Shown: positions 14,275-28,989 of the stretch, one piece after another
Layout: every line of letters starts with the position of its first letter
Position numbering within the stretch: the first letter of the stretch is position 1
NCBI GenBank assembly: GCA_951406725.2
Contig: OX597819.1
Location: 93,268,001 to 93,392,000 of the forward strand
DNA from: Octopus vulgaris
Taxonomy: Eukaryota
Direction of reading: 5' to 3'
Length of the DNA stretch: 124,000 bases
Made by a program: the position numbers and the translations under genes
The notes under the pieces: model-generated
Told to the model about the DNA's origin: nothing
The model's input: only the letters and a program-made list of their open reading frames with translations
Databases searched by the model: none

Positions 14275-15160
14275 AACATATGTATATATATACATATATA
14301 TATATACGTATACATATATATATATATACTATGTGTGTGTGTATATATGTATTTATGTATGTATTTATGTGTGTATGCATGTATGAGTGGCGTTTCAATA
14401 ACGAATACTATGAATCTAATGCGTGGCTCAGACATAAAAACCTGAACGAAAATACTAAACCTGGTTTTAATACAAATCTTTCATTTTAAGAGACACAGCT
14501 GGAAAGTGGGTACACACTGCTCTATGTACCCGACTTCAATTAAAATGGGTTTGATTTTGAAATTTCCAAGATCAAGATTAAATCCCTAGAATCGGTCCTG
14601 ATTCTTACACTCATACGCACATGTAAGCACGTGCACGTGCACACACTCAGGCATGTACATACTTATATAAATATATATTTGTCTATCTATACATGTTAAT
14701 CATGAGTGTGTGCCAGCGCGCACGCGTTTATAATATCAGCATCGTTTTTTATGTTTTTATGATCTTCATATTTATTGCAGTGTGTTTATACCGGCCATTA
14801 GTTTTGTAATACACTTAGTGTATATGTGTGTGTGTATGTGTATGTATGTATGTATGTATGTATATATGTATGTATGTATGTATGTATGTACACTGCTATT
14901 TAGATGGAACAAATATATATATATGGATGCGTGGTGTTACGCTGAATAAGTTTCAAAAATTAAACAGATGCACGATACAGGAACGAACGGAATAGACACA
15001 CGTCGGTTATCGTTAAAAATTCCTTACAATTTTACGCCTTTAACGATTATATTATTCAATTTTGGTTGCGTCAGCAGTTTTAAAAAGCTGCAGGGAATAG
15101 TGACGCAACGTTGAGGCCAGTGACGAAAACAAACAACATATACATATATATATATGTATC

Positions 15161-15202
<42 letters not shown>

Positions 15203-15262
15203 AAGAGAGGGAGAGAATGGAGAGGCAGATAAATAGACAGACAGATAGAGAGACAGATAGAC

Positions 15263-15358
<96 letters not shown>

Positions 15359-15525
15359 GTGTGAGTGTGTGTGTGTGTACGTGCGTGTGACCTGGTGTGA
15401 CTGACGATTTAATTTTTCCCTTATGCCACTACGTGGAACCTTGGCAAGTGTATTCTACTAGACCCTCGGGCCGAGCAAAGCCTTGTGCGATAATTTGGTG
15501 AACGGAAACTAAAAGAAGCCCGTCG

Positions 15526-15617
<92 letters not shown>

Positions 15618-15621
<4 letters not shown>

Positions 15622-16150
15622 CCCTTTCTGTAGAAGAGTGTAGGCTCGAAACGTAAAAGACTTTTTCTATTCCTGAGCTTTATACTGATACATCTGTTTG
15701 TTTTGTACACCACCTGTCTTTGTCTTTTGTTTTTTGCGTAAACTCTCCCTATATATATCACTCGCTCACGTGGTCACACATGTTGATCCTGTCATTTCTT
15801 ACCATTACGAACTTCTCCACTGGACTCTTTATCTACTCTTTATCTACCCTTTACGGATTCTCGTTTAGATATTTACCCTCCGGTTGCACCTCTCCTACCT
15901 ACGGATCATGGTGGAATCTACTCTTGATGAGAAATCCTTGCAATACACCGCGACGTAAAAAAAACCTTTGAACTTTACGTAAAACTGTTATTATTGTCAT
16001 TACTTTATTTTTATATTTACTTTTGTCCCTTTCTGTAGAAGAGCGTAGGCTCGAAACCTAAAAGACTTTCTCTATTCCTGAACGTTATACTAATACATCT
16101 GTGTTGTGTACACCACCTGACTTCGTCTTCTGTTTCTTTCGTAAACTCTC

Positions 16151-16152
<2 letters not shown>
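15618..16152 (+). mobile_element. Retrozyme-like element: two ~135-bp direct repeats, each with a hammerhead motif (15624-15659, 16029-16064), around a non-coding body
   Basis: Direct repeats ttgtccctttctgtagaagag..aaactctccc|tata. Motif cttt CTGTAGA a gag(c/t)-gtag-gctc GAAA c(g/c) T A aaag. Spacing 405 nt; (TA)n on both sides. Confidence 0.7.
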
Positions 16153-16217
<65 letters not shown>

Positions 16218-19200
16218 ATAAGTATGTATTTGGGTGTCTGTGTTTGTTTCTCCACCATCGCTTGACAACCAATGTTGGTGTATTTACGTCCCCGTAACTT
16301 AGCGTTTCGGCGAAAAAGACCGATAGAATAATTATTTGGCTTACAAACAATAATTCCTGGGGCCGATTCAATCGATAAAATGGGAGTGCTCCAATATAGT
16401 TGCAGTCAAATGACTGAAACGAGTAAAAGAATAAAAGAATACACACACATACACACACATATATTCGCATATACATAAGTGCATATAAACATGTTAATCA
16501 AGTATTTTTGTTAATATTTTTATTCGGATAATAATAATCATATGCATTCATAAGTAATTTGCTTGGTTCTATGTGCGAGACTAAGTATGTATGTGTCTGC
16601 AACGGATACTTTTTCTGTGCCGTGATCTTCAGCACAAAATTTTGTGTGAGCAAAGTTCAACAACTCGTTTTAGTATTCACTATTATCTGCTTTACTGATA
16701 CCACTTAATATCAGTATGAATATCATATAATCTTAACACAATTCTGCAGAAATCCATGTCCTCGTGTCATTATAAAATGAATCTATTGGATAATCCCTTT
16801 GTGGAATACCTCCCTATTCTAGATATTTTTTTAAAATATATACTAGAATAAATTGACGTGTGTTCTTTGTATTAATGTTGAATACGGTGATGGGGATCTC
16901 TCAGTGAAACCAGATTACAAATCCGTTTCAATCCTCAGAGAAGATTATTCTCGTGATTTGTAATACTTCTAGAAAGACTTTTCATCTGCTAGAAACACCA
17001 GTAATTTTTCTTTCAAATCCCATTTTGTCATCTTAAAAAAAAATGTTAGAACGCATTGTATAATAACGTTTCTAAGAGAGTCCTGTAAATAACTCGATGT
17101 TTAATGTTGGAATGTCTCAGGTCATAGATCAGTTGGACTAACGTAGACTTAGAGCTAAACAGCCACAACAGTAAGAAAGAACATCCATGTCACGTGATAG
17201 TCTAAATCAGAGGTTTCTAAGATTTCTGTAATCTTGTCCTCATTATTTCCTTCTGATGAACACACACGAAGCCCTTTATCTTTTTACCTTTTATCTTTTA
17301 CTTGCTTCAGTCATTGGGCTGCAACCATACTGGTGCACCACCTTGGAGGAGTTTAGTCGAACAAATCGACCTCAGTACTGTTTTTAATATTTTTAAGCCT
17401 AGTACCTAATCTCTCGGTCTTTTTACTGAAAAGCTTAGTTACGGGGCGAAAAATCCTAAAACATTTCTCAACTGATGACAGAGGAGAAACATAATACCAA
17501 AGATACACATATAGGTATATACATAAATGCACACACATGGATATATATGTATATATACACGCAACAGGCTTCTTTCAGTTTCCGTCGACCAAATCCAGTC
17601 ACAAGGCTTTGGTCGGCCTGAGGTTTTAATAGAAGACATTTTCGCAAGACCGCATCGCTGGAAAGCAAGCTTTTGGGGGGTTTTTTCGTCTTTTCTTAGT
17701 TGTATTAAGCTGAATTTTCGTAGCATCCGTGACTTCTGTCGATGATGCTCGGAATGGAAGTTCATAGACTACGTTTTTCTGATTATAAAAGTAATATTAT
17801 TTTTTCTCAATATATAGTCTGATTGCAGTAAATTTTAGCCACAAATTATTCTCTTACAGCGTAGAGCACAACTTGTAAATGCATTCATCGCTCTTTAATG
17901 ATTAAAAAATATATATAGCAGCTTTCATAGAATCCATTTCAATAGATCTGTTCGGTATAGTGTGATTACAATCCCAGACACCATTCTTTTCATAAGAAAA
18001 CTAATTTTTACACTATTCACTTAAACAACAAATAAATTACCTCTCTCAAACTTGACAGAACAAGTTTATCAAATTACATTGCGAGTTTGTCTCAAATGAT
18101 GTTATCCTATTGACCCAACAAAACCCACAGCTGGCTGAGTGCTGAACAACCAACATAAAATCAATGGGAACATGACTTTGTCCTAAACAAGTAAACTCAG
18201 TTGCTAATAGTTCAAAATACGCTGCGTAAAATAATATAATGGAGTGTGTACTACTACGTTGTAAGCAATGGAAAAGTTTAATCTATATTTTATGAACTTA
18301 CAGTAATGTTATAGTATTTAACCTGTGGATAAATATTAGTTTCATATCCGGCACAAAGCCAGCAGTTTCGAGAAGGAGTAAGTAGATTACATCGTTCCCA
18401 GTACTCCACTAGGACTTATTTCATGGACCCCGTAAGGCAAAGTCGACCTCGGTGAAATTTGAACTTAGAACCTAAAGATGGACGAAATGCTAACGATTCT
18501 GCCAGCTCACCGCTTTCCAGTGGAAAAATATTAAAACTAACGCTGATTAATTAGGAAAGTAATAAAGAAAGCAAGCGATACATTACTAAATCGCCTTTGC
18601 ACTGTGATCAATGAAATCTGAAACGGTGACTTGCATATTTATTCTCAATAAGTTCCGATAGATTCGAACGTAAATAGGCTTATCGCTGTTAGGTAACAGA
18701 AGAACAGCTTCTCCTTTTTCTGACGACAATGTTTTCATAGCACCACTCGGCTTAAGGGACTTTGGGACACTAGTGTTTCGACATGTAGTGTCTTGTTAGT
18801 CAGAAAATATAAACAAGAGTCATTGGCTTTATTTAATTTTTTTTTTTTGTTTTGACTCAAAGGTTTGGGTATTTCTGACTGGCGAGACATATGTCAAAAC
18901 GTTGATTTCCCAATTTCCCTTGCACTAATGAGTCGAGTGTGTTATGAAGATCTTATTGTAAAAACAATAAGCTGTTCTCATGTGACGAACACAATAGCGA
19001 TTAGCATATTTATTTCGAATCTACCAGAGCGTATTGAGAATAAAATTATGCATCTTTATTCACACTGCCATTATGCTTCTGTGCTGAAGTGTGCGATTGC
19101 AGAATGTTACTGTTGTCGTTATAATAGAATTTCTAGAATTTATTTATCTAAAGATGATTATCTCCGCAAAGTACATTTATTTCATTTTCTAGTGCTACAC

Positions 19201-20327
19201 TTCTCTGACACTGGATCTGAAGTGGAAAATTTCAAATGCATACGTCTAGTTTCTCAGTCACATGATTTACTGTCGTATATCTATATTCAAATATGCTAAC
19301 GTACAGTTACCCACTTGTCTGTGCGTCTTTCTTTTTCTTTCATGAACTTTTCCTATTTTCATTTAGTAGTGGCAAGTTGAAAAGACAGAAGTGACTTTGC
19401 TGTATTTTTTTTTTATTGTATATTAACAATTCTAAGTTTGCAGTACTTTTAGCGACCTATTTCGATATTAATCACTACTTTCTAAGTAGTCTGTTTTATT
19501 TGACTTTCATTTGCTAATATAGTAGAGACATATTTATTATCTTAATGTATGATAATATTTTATTTTGCAATTAAATTTTCTTCGCAAAACCGACCGAAAC
19601 ATCTATAGTCAATATCGTTTCTGTTTTTTTTTTTCTTTTCTTTTTAAACTATTTACCCAAGGAGCCAACATTCAAATTTAAAGTATTAAAGTTCTGTTTA
19701 CACACCAACCATCCGATGTTATATTTCTATAAAATTGGGTCTAGTTTCTGTAATAAATCAATATTGTATTGAAACGTGCTGAGTTTATCTGATAAGAAAT
19801 ACCGAAAGTCGTTACTCTAAACATGCTGTTGGGAGATTTAAAACTTCCTTCGAATTGTCTAAAACAAACAAAACATTACGTCCAAACAAAAAATCAATAG
19901 AATACACAAATTCTTTTCGAAGTAGCGTTTTTCTCATAATGATCTCTTCGTAATCAAGATCTTGATAGCAACAAACAAATTACAAAAACTGTAGTCTTTG
20001 TAACCCGCTGTGAAATAAAATTAAAATCGGTCAATATCATATCAGTAATAAACAAATCTAAACAAAAAGACATAAGCAGTTTATATTGGTCACATGATAT
20101 TTTCTATTTAAGGCAGAAACAGAAGTGTGTGTATAAAATGTCTAGTAGTATTTATTTACTTATGTCGATTTTGCTTAACTGAGATCAAATCCCAACAATT
20201 TTCAGTTGGTGAATTAAGTAAAACACTGAGATCAAATCAATCTATTAAATCGACTTTTCTCTCCGATTAAAGTGCCTTTTGCTTTGTGTCTGTGTAAGAA
20301 ATCCTCATTATTATCATTATTACTGTT

Positions 20328-21590
20328 AAAGGCGGCGAGCTGGCAGAAACGTTAGCACACCGGGCGAAATGCTTAGCGGTATTTCGTCTGCCGTTACGTT
20401 CTGAGTTCAAATTCCGCCGAGGTCGACTTTGCTTTTCATCCTTTCGGGGTCGATTAAATAAGTACCAGTTATGCACTGGGATCGATGTAATCAACTTAAT
20501 CCGTTTGTCTGTCTTTGTTTGTCCTCTCTGTGTTTAGCCCCTTGTGGGTAGTAAAGAAATAGGTATTTCGTCTGCCGCTACGTTCTGTGTTCAAATTCCA
20601 CCAAGGTCGACTTTGCCTTTCATCCTTTCGGGGTCGATAAATTAAGTACCAGTTACGCACTGTGGTTGATGTAATCGACTTAATCCGTTTGTCTGTCCTT
20701 GTTTGTCCTCTCTGTGTATAGCCTCTTGTGGACAGTAAAGAAATAGGTATTTCGTTTGCCGCTGCGTTGTGTTCAAATTCCGCCGAGGTTGACTATACCT
20801 TTCATCCTTTCGGTACTTATTAAATAAGTACCAGGATACGCACTGGGGTCGATGCCATCGAATTAACCCGGCCTCGAAAATTTCGGGCCTTGTGCCTATA
20901 ATAGAAAGGATTATTACTGTTAAAACGGCGATCTGGCAGAATCGTTAGCACGCCACGGCGGAATACTCAGCGGTATTTCGTCCATCGCCACGTTCTGAGT
21001 TCAAACACCGCGGAGTTGACTTTGCTTTTCAATCTTTCAGGTCGATTAAATAAGTAACAATTGAGTACTGGGGTCGATCTAATCGACTTTCCCTCTCCCC
21101 CAAAATTTCGGACCTTGTGCTTATAGAAGAAAAGAATTGAGTACTGGGGTTGTTGTAATCAACTAGCCCCACGCTTACAAACTTTCAGGCTTTGTGCCTA
21201 TAGCAGAAACGATTTTTATCATTATTATTATTAAAGCGGCGAGCTGGCGCACTGGAAAAAAAATACTTAGCGGCATTTCGTCCGTCTTTACGTTCTGAGT
21301 TCAAATTCCACCGAGGTCGATTTTGCCCTTCATCTTTTCAGGGTCAATTAAGTAAGTACCAGTTGATCACTGGGGTTGATGCAACCGACTATCCTCCTCC
21401 CACAAAACTTCATCCCTTGTGCCAATAGTAGAAAGGATCATTATTATTATTTTTTTATGAAAGCCTGTGAGCTGGTAGAATCTTTATCAGGGCGGGCGAA
21501 ATGCTTGACGGTATTTCGTCTGCCGTCACGTTCTGAGTTCAAATTCCGCCGAGGTCGACTTTGCCTTTCATCCTTTTGGGGTCGATAATG
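20328..21590 (+). mobile_element. Tandem array of about six SINE family A copies
   Basis: Repeated AAATTCCGCCGAGGTCGACTTTG..AGTACCAG units at about 200-nt spacing. Confidence 0.85.
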
Positions 21591-21699
21591 TTAGTAGAAA
21601 TGAATTTCTGAAGTTGATTAGCCGACTAATTGCTCAAAAAGTAATCACGCAAACCCGTATGCCTTGCATGATATGTAAATAAAATACTAAATCAAAAAA

Positions 21700-22420
21700 G
21701 TTATAAATACCAATATTACGTGGATTATTCTGGGCGAAGTCTTAAGAAGGATCCCTCTTATTGGATTGGCATATATGACTAAGGATTCCACTATCAAAAT
21801 TCTTCATCTTTTACCAATGTTATAATCCAACATTATGAGATGATAATAATGAAATAATTTTAAGTGAGCCTAATGTGAGTTCGGATAGTCTTTCCCTGAG
21901 AGCTTTATTTGTTACCTGACAGCTAGAAGCACATTGGGAACATGATTAGTCATGGCGGTGCTCAGCAAAATCATGAAAAAGAGAGGTATTATCCATAATT
22001 TCTAGGTGAATACCTATGCTAAATGCATGGTTAAAGATTTGGAGCGATTGGCACCTTTCTCTCAGTAGTAACCTCAGCATCGCACAGAAATTTGTGATTA
22101 GCGACAAGTCTGTTCGAGACAACCTTTACTTCATATGATTGGTTTTTGAAGGAAATGGTTGTATATGGCTTCGGAAGGGTCCCGGTCAATGAAACTGGCT
22201 TCGAACAGCGATATCTATTTGGTGACCAAGGTAAACGAACATCTAAGGGGTCTGTTTTAAACCACACATTCAGTCTCACAAGAGTTTCCTTCTATTTGAT
22301 CTTGCATGTATTTTCTTTTCGGCCACTGCTGCATAGGTTAACTATGGCGAGGGACATTCCGACAATATACCGTAAGTTACTTGACTACATCCCATAAATT
22401 TCTTAGTTCAGTTTTCGAGC
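21700..22420 (-). mobile_element. Possible highly decayed non-LTR retrotransposon fragment
   Basis: Coding-like composition with weak resemblance to REL-LINE C-termini; many stops. Confidence 0.25.
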
Positions 22421-23829
22421 AGTCCCTTTTTGCCTTCCAGGATCGTGAGTATAAGTATTGGATCAGTGTAATAGACTATACTCTAATATGCAGTGCTCCA
22501 GCATAGCCACAGTCTAGTTACTAATGCCAGTAAATTTCTCGCTTCTCCCTCACTCTGTAGTCTTCCACCCAGTTCTGTATTCTCGTCTTGTGATGTCAGA
22601 ATCTATTACACTTCTAGCAAAGAAAGAAATTGTTATTACTACCATTTCGTTACTATTGTTATTATTTTTATCCTTATTATTTTCAATATCTTTAATCTTT
22701 GTTTATTACTCATAAAATATAGAGAGTCTCATTTATATCTGAAATATCATCAATACATGTGTAATTATTTTGTAGAAAACCAAAAAAGAAATCAATTTCA
22801 AAATATACGATGTGAAACATGATAAAGACAACAAAAGAGAAGTAGAAAGTACAAGTTTCTTTATTAAACAAACAATACCAGAGCAATGAAATGCGCAATT
22901 TATATGATACAATTAACCTGAAACGCATACTATAAAAACACATAAATCATTGTTTTAAAACAAATTTCACAAATTCTGGACACGTTGCAGAACATAACAG
23001 CATACTTGAAATTCTGCCAGTCCACAAGATATTTAAATGGGCAATATAAAAAAATGCATGCTCTATATTGTCTGAGTTTCAATAAATTAAGCCTTTGTAT
23101 TCGTCAAAGCACACTAAAATTCCGGATAAACGACTTTGGGAATTCTATTTCCATATATTTATTGCTGAAAATAAACAGTATGGTTCTAGATAAGGATTAA
23201 CAGTAGCAATTTTTTCAACGAAATGTATAAAAAACATACAATCATTTCTTCATATTAGAGCAAGACTATGAATTTGTTATTTATAGTAAATTTCGTGGAC
23301 CTCAGTATGACCGCCACAGAATCAACGGTAAAGATCATCCTGGAAGGGTTTAAAGACACAATATGGCACTACATACCACAGTGTATATTCACCGATGATC
23401 TATCTATTCAACAGCCCAACTCCTTTCGTTCAGATACTGATCACCGCTGGATCCGTAAGTGCCTGTGAGCAATTTCAGTGTGTCAAAGTGGATAATAATC
23501 TTGTCTACTATAGGCACAAGGCCTGGAATTTTGGGGAGGGGTTAAGTCGATTAAATCGACCCTAGAGTTTCACTGGTACTTAATTTATCGACTCCGAAGG
23601 GTAAAAGGCAAAGTCGACCTCGGCAGAATTTGAGCCACGTGCCAAATACCGCTAATCATTTTGCCCTGCGCGGGAATGATTCTGCCAGCTTGCCGCCTTT
23701 CGAAGCGGATAACAATGTTCACATCACTGTTGTGATTCGCGCATAGTTCTAAGTAGCATACAACGATGATTTTCGAGAGTGGCCGATCTGTCATATACTC
23801 CACAAAAATTTACTCTGTCTCATTAACCT

Positions 23830-24330
23830 AAATGTTCGAGGAGGTTAAGTTGTCCTTCGTAGCTTCGTTTGCTAAGAACTATAAAAATCATGGCGGCTGA
23901 TATGGGTCCACTTTGAATGTTCTTCTAGCCTTTCCTTTAGGTACATTTTGCCTTCTTTCTGCGAGTGTATTTTCCTCTCTTTTCGCTGTTCTATGCATTT
24001 GCCACTTCTGATTATTGTTCAAAACTACACTTTGTCAGATAATCGGTTAGGCCCCAACTTTATGATCGGCAGTTTCTTTATCTTTATGACGGTTGATGAG
24101 AAAAGTTTTCAAGCTCTCCTCAGAGATAAGATAGCAACCCCTGCCCCTGCTGTTGTTGCTGTTGAATCTAATGTTTCCTTTTTCGCTGCTTCTCGAGTTC
24201 TTCCGACGAAAAAATAAACATTAAATGGCCTATACTGTCACATGTATTACAGTCAGATTTTAGGACCTGCCATATGTGTCGCAGTTAGGTTTTAAGACCT
24301 GCCACATGTGTAACAGCTTGGTATATGGAT
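23830..24330 (-). mobile_element. Decayed LINE ORF1/gag-like fragment
   Basis: Minus frame CNTCDSIGHLM (partial CCHC knuckle) followed by a charged low-complexity stretch. Confidence 0.35.
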
Positions 24331-24902
24331 CTGCACTACCTGTCGCATAGCATTTCCCCCACACTCCCAGAGGTGCACTGATCCGGTATGATTTAGTTAC
24401 TTTAGGGAGTCATTTGGACTTATTTCTAGATTAAGGTCCCACCTATTACAGTATTTCTGAAGGTGAAGGCATTTGATCCATCAACTTAATTTACTTCTTC
24501 ACACAATCCTCAGTTTCAAAACCAATCGTATGACCCTGTAAACCCCATTTTGACTGCTACGAGAGGGTGAGAGAGAGAGGGCGATTGATCCATAACGGCA
24601 AGAGTTGCTTCTAACTTCTTTTAAGAGGAAAAGGGGAACCTGTTCAGAACTTGGTTATGCAAAGATTATTGGCTCTCCTTCCTTCTTGTCATGGATGAAG
24701 TGCAATAGTAAAGGTGTTACTTTCTGGTAAATAATCGTTTATATCTGACAGGGTTAGTGAACGATAAACTGATATTTTCACTGTTTTCGTAAAGTTTGTT
24801 AGCGTGTGCAGGGTGCATCGAGTTGTTAGCTTTAGGTCTTTTCGAATTACTGTCAGTGCATTCTGTCAGGATGTTAATGTCCTGGTGTTTAATAAACTTT
24901 GT

Positions 24903-25044
<142 letters not shown>

Positions 25045-25288
25045 ATTGCATTTACTTTACCCCTTTGATGAGCGATGGTGTTTTGCTGTGGAGCTACCTT
25101 ATGTTGAATGCAAACGCAAAAGAGTATATTTTTGAAATGTCAAAAATTACAACCGTTATTTCTCCCACAGTGTGGGAGAGACATCCAAAGGTTTCCGAAA
25201 GGGTTCCCTGAAGACAATATTCAAGAAGACGTGTATTTTGTTTGGAAATTATTCAAATGTTCACGAAGCAACTAGACAGTAAAAAGAA

Positions 25289-25289
<1 letters not shown>

Positions 25290-25380
<91 letters not shown>

Positions 25381-25577
25381 GTAATAATAATAATAATAAT
25401 AATAGTAATAATAATAATGATAATAATAATAATAATAATATGCACACATCCTACGCAGAACACTTTCAATACAGTAACCATCAGAGCATCACAACAAATC
25501 ACAGCACATACCCAAGGCACACAGAGCTGCGCTCGGTAGTGAAGTGAAAGCACGTTATAAAAAAAATCTATTGAATG

Positions 25578-25658
<81 letters not shown>

Positions 25659-25661
25659 GTA

Positions 25662-25701
<40 letters not shown>

Positions 25702-25840
25702 GAAGAAGAAGAAGAAGAAGGAGGAGAAGAAGAAGAAGAAGAAGAAGAAGAAGAAGAAGAAGAAGAAGAAGAAGAAGAAGAAGAAGAAGAAGAAGAAGAA
25801 GAAGAAGAAGAAGAAGAAGAAGAAGAAGAAGAAGAAGACT
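25290..25840. repeat. Compound trinucleotide microsatellites (ACT/AAT/GAT/AAG)n
   Basis: Direct reading. Confidence 0.95.
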
Positions 25841-25944
25841 GAGCTTCGAGAATTAAGTACGGAGCTGTTCACAAGGTACAACGCGCATCACCATGAAAGT
25901 AATATATATAGACCCTACTTGCTATGAAATGAAGTAAACAGCGG

Positions 25945-26657
25945 TTTGTTAAACGCAGAAGACACCATATTCAGTATATTTTGCTTTATGAGTTCCATAA
26001 AGGCAACAACGCAACGGAAAGTACAAGGAATATTAATGCAGTATATAGAGATCGGACAATAAGCGTAAGCCAGTGTCAACGGTTGTTCCAGAAATTCCGA
26101 GCCAGAGGAGTATTTTTCGTCCTGGAAGATTTATAGAGCTCAACGATGACGCCCTGCAAACCCAAATAGAACAAAATCCCATCGCGACAGTTGATGAACT
26201 AGCAGAGAAGCTTGGATTTGATCATTCAACCAGTCAGTCAAGTCAGCGCAAGAAGAAAAACGACCATCTTTGGTTTCAAGACGAAAGATGTTCTTCCATC
26301 AGGATAATACTCGGCCACATACAAAAAGCTGGAGCAGTCTGAATGCGAAACGATGCCCCAGCCACCATATTAGCCGGACATTGCCCCATCAGATTATCAT
26401 TTATTCCACAGTCTTCAAAACCATTTGGACGAAAAAGATATGAATTCTATAGACGAGGTCAGAACAATACTGGAGGAGTATTTTTCGTCACGTGCAAGTG
26501 GATTTTCAAAGAGAGGCTTTGCAATTCTACCAGATAGACGGAAAAGCATTGTAGAGAATGAAGGAGAGTATACTTTAGATAAAAAAAGAATTTGTTTATC
26601 TTAATTTTGAAAGATTTTATAAGTATAAAAACCCACATTATTTATGGGATGACCCAA
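25945..26657 (+). mobile_element. Mariner transposon remnant, internally deleted
   Basis: FRHILLYEFHKGNNATESTRNINAVY..ELNDDALQTQIEQNPIATVDELAEKLG..; C-terminal PSDYHLFHSLQNHL. 3' TIR ..GGGATGACCCAA|TA. Confidence 0.85.
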
Positions 26658-26789
26658 TATGTGGTTATATTAAAAATACACAACTATTAGGCAAGTTATA
26701 TATTCGATCATACATCATGAGGGCTCACTAATAGAGTGTATATCAGCACAGGTATCGTTGCTGACGTTTTAACTAAGGGAAGGTCTGCA

Positions 26790-27100
26790 TGGAAACTATT
26801 TGTTCCTTCTCGAGCCATACCTGGCTCATAAGGGCTGTTTTCCCGGTTTCCTTGGCGTATAGGTTCCCCACCTGAACGGGACGCCGGTCCATCGCAGGTG
26901 AGCTGTAAGATGCAGGAAGAAAGAGTGAGAGGAAGTTGTGGCGAAATAGTCAGCAGAAGTTCGCCATTACCTTCTTCCAGAACCGTGTAGAGCTTAGGTG
27001 TTTCGCTCATAAACACACACATCGCCCGGTCTGAGATTCTAACCCGCGATCCCTCGACTGCAAGTCTGCTGCTCTAACCACTAGACCATGTGCCTGCATG
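26790..27100 (-). mobile_element. SINE family B
   Basis: Reverse complement of 30578-30871. Confidence 0.8.
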
Positions 27101-27948
27101 GAAATACTGGGATATATATTTATCTGTGACATTCATTACACTTACGATTCAGCTTCGTTAGCTTAGTTCATACTATAGAAAAATACATAAAAACAATAAA
27201 GCATTTCGTGTATACGGCAGCAAACTCGACGTTGAACTGTTGAAAGAACAACACATACAACTGCCGACAACATTTAATATCCTGAATTGTAGGTACATCC
27301 AGTCTGCTGTACTCTAAACACATCAAAAACCAGATAAACTACCAATTACGCCATTTATGACTTCTAATGCATAGCTCCATCAAGTTGATTCTGCAACATG
27401 CAAATATGCCTTGTTTTTAATTCCATTCTGCGGGGATTGCAGTTCTGCTGATGGAGGCAGGTAATTCGTATGCCACACAGACACGCATGCTCCTTATATG
27501 GATGTCAAGTGACATCTCAACGAAGCTGTTGGCCAAAAATTACCAACGTATAATTTTTATACGTTTCTTATACTATAAAGCTGGTAGTAAACTAGATGTT
27601 TATTTTATTTTTCTAGTATTTCGTGTGATTTTTTTCACATATAATAGTTTTTCAATTCTTCTTGCGCCCTGGTAAATTATTTCCCAATTCGAAACAGGTT
27701 TCATGCACCCCAACGTATATTGCCTACTAAGGTAGTTATCGCTGTGTTGGGTATGGATAGAGGTTTGTATATATCAGCTATATATTGTGCGTCTTCACGC
27801 ACATTTGCAAACAAATATATACATGAATGGATACATATTGATATATATATATGCACTTACATATACGTGTGTATTTATATATATGTACATATACACACAT
27901 ACATTTTTATGTAAACATACATATACATATATATACATACACACACAC

Positions 27949-27995
<47 letters not shown>

Positions 27996-28551
27996 TCTAT
28001 CTAATGTGTATGCATGTGTATATGTAAGCATACATTCATGTACGAATATATGAAAGCGTGTATATATCCACTTTTTGTTCACGATGGGTATATGCATGAA
28101 TATGTAAGTTTTCGATTGAGTAAATGACTAACTGAAAGCTATTATCCCGATACGATATTGTTTTACACAATTTTTACCTCTGATTACATAACCATTCAGA
28201 AAGAACTTTCAATCCTACCCTATTATTTCATATCTATAAACAGGTCTAACCGGAAATCATTTCAATGCGACCTCTCTTATTTAAAAGGCGAATAAAAGAC
28301 CATTTTGAATCAGAAATTCACGTGACAGCATCACCTTCTCATCTGTTTCTATTGTATATGCAAATTGCAGAATTGTTATGAAAACCTGTGTTGTTCAGAC
28401 ATATTGTCTTGTTTATTTTGGACTTCATTGATTAATTAACTTCTAATTAAAATGAGTTAAATAACTATGATGATGTTGCTTTTACTTTCCTTTTTTGTAT
28501 TTTTCTTCTTTCATTTTATTATTATTATTATTATTATTGTAGCTGTTGTTG

Positions 28552-28621
<70 letters not shown>

Positions 28622-28989
28622 CATTATTATTATTAGCGGTGGGACAACGGAGATAATGCTAACAGCAGCAGCAGCAACAACCTCTCCTCCACTACTAGTG
28701 GCAACAGCAAATCCACCACCAGCATCACTATCACCAACACCACCACCAACATAAACATTAATACAAGAAAAACAGCTGCCGATCTTATTTCTAAATAAAA
28801 TGGAGACGGTTTTGCACAAGCTTGTCGTCAAATGGAGAAAGTTGACGTATCAGTAAACCCGTTAAATGATGCCAAAGTGCCCATAAAGGCAGAGTAGTAT
28901 TTCTAAATACACCAGGGGAAATACAAGAAGACACTAGAAAAACTAAATGTTATATATTAATGCATTTAAAACAAAAATCAGGTGACTGC

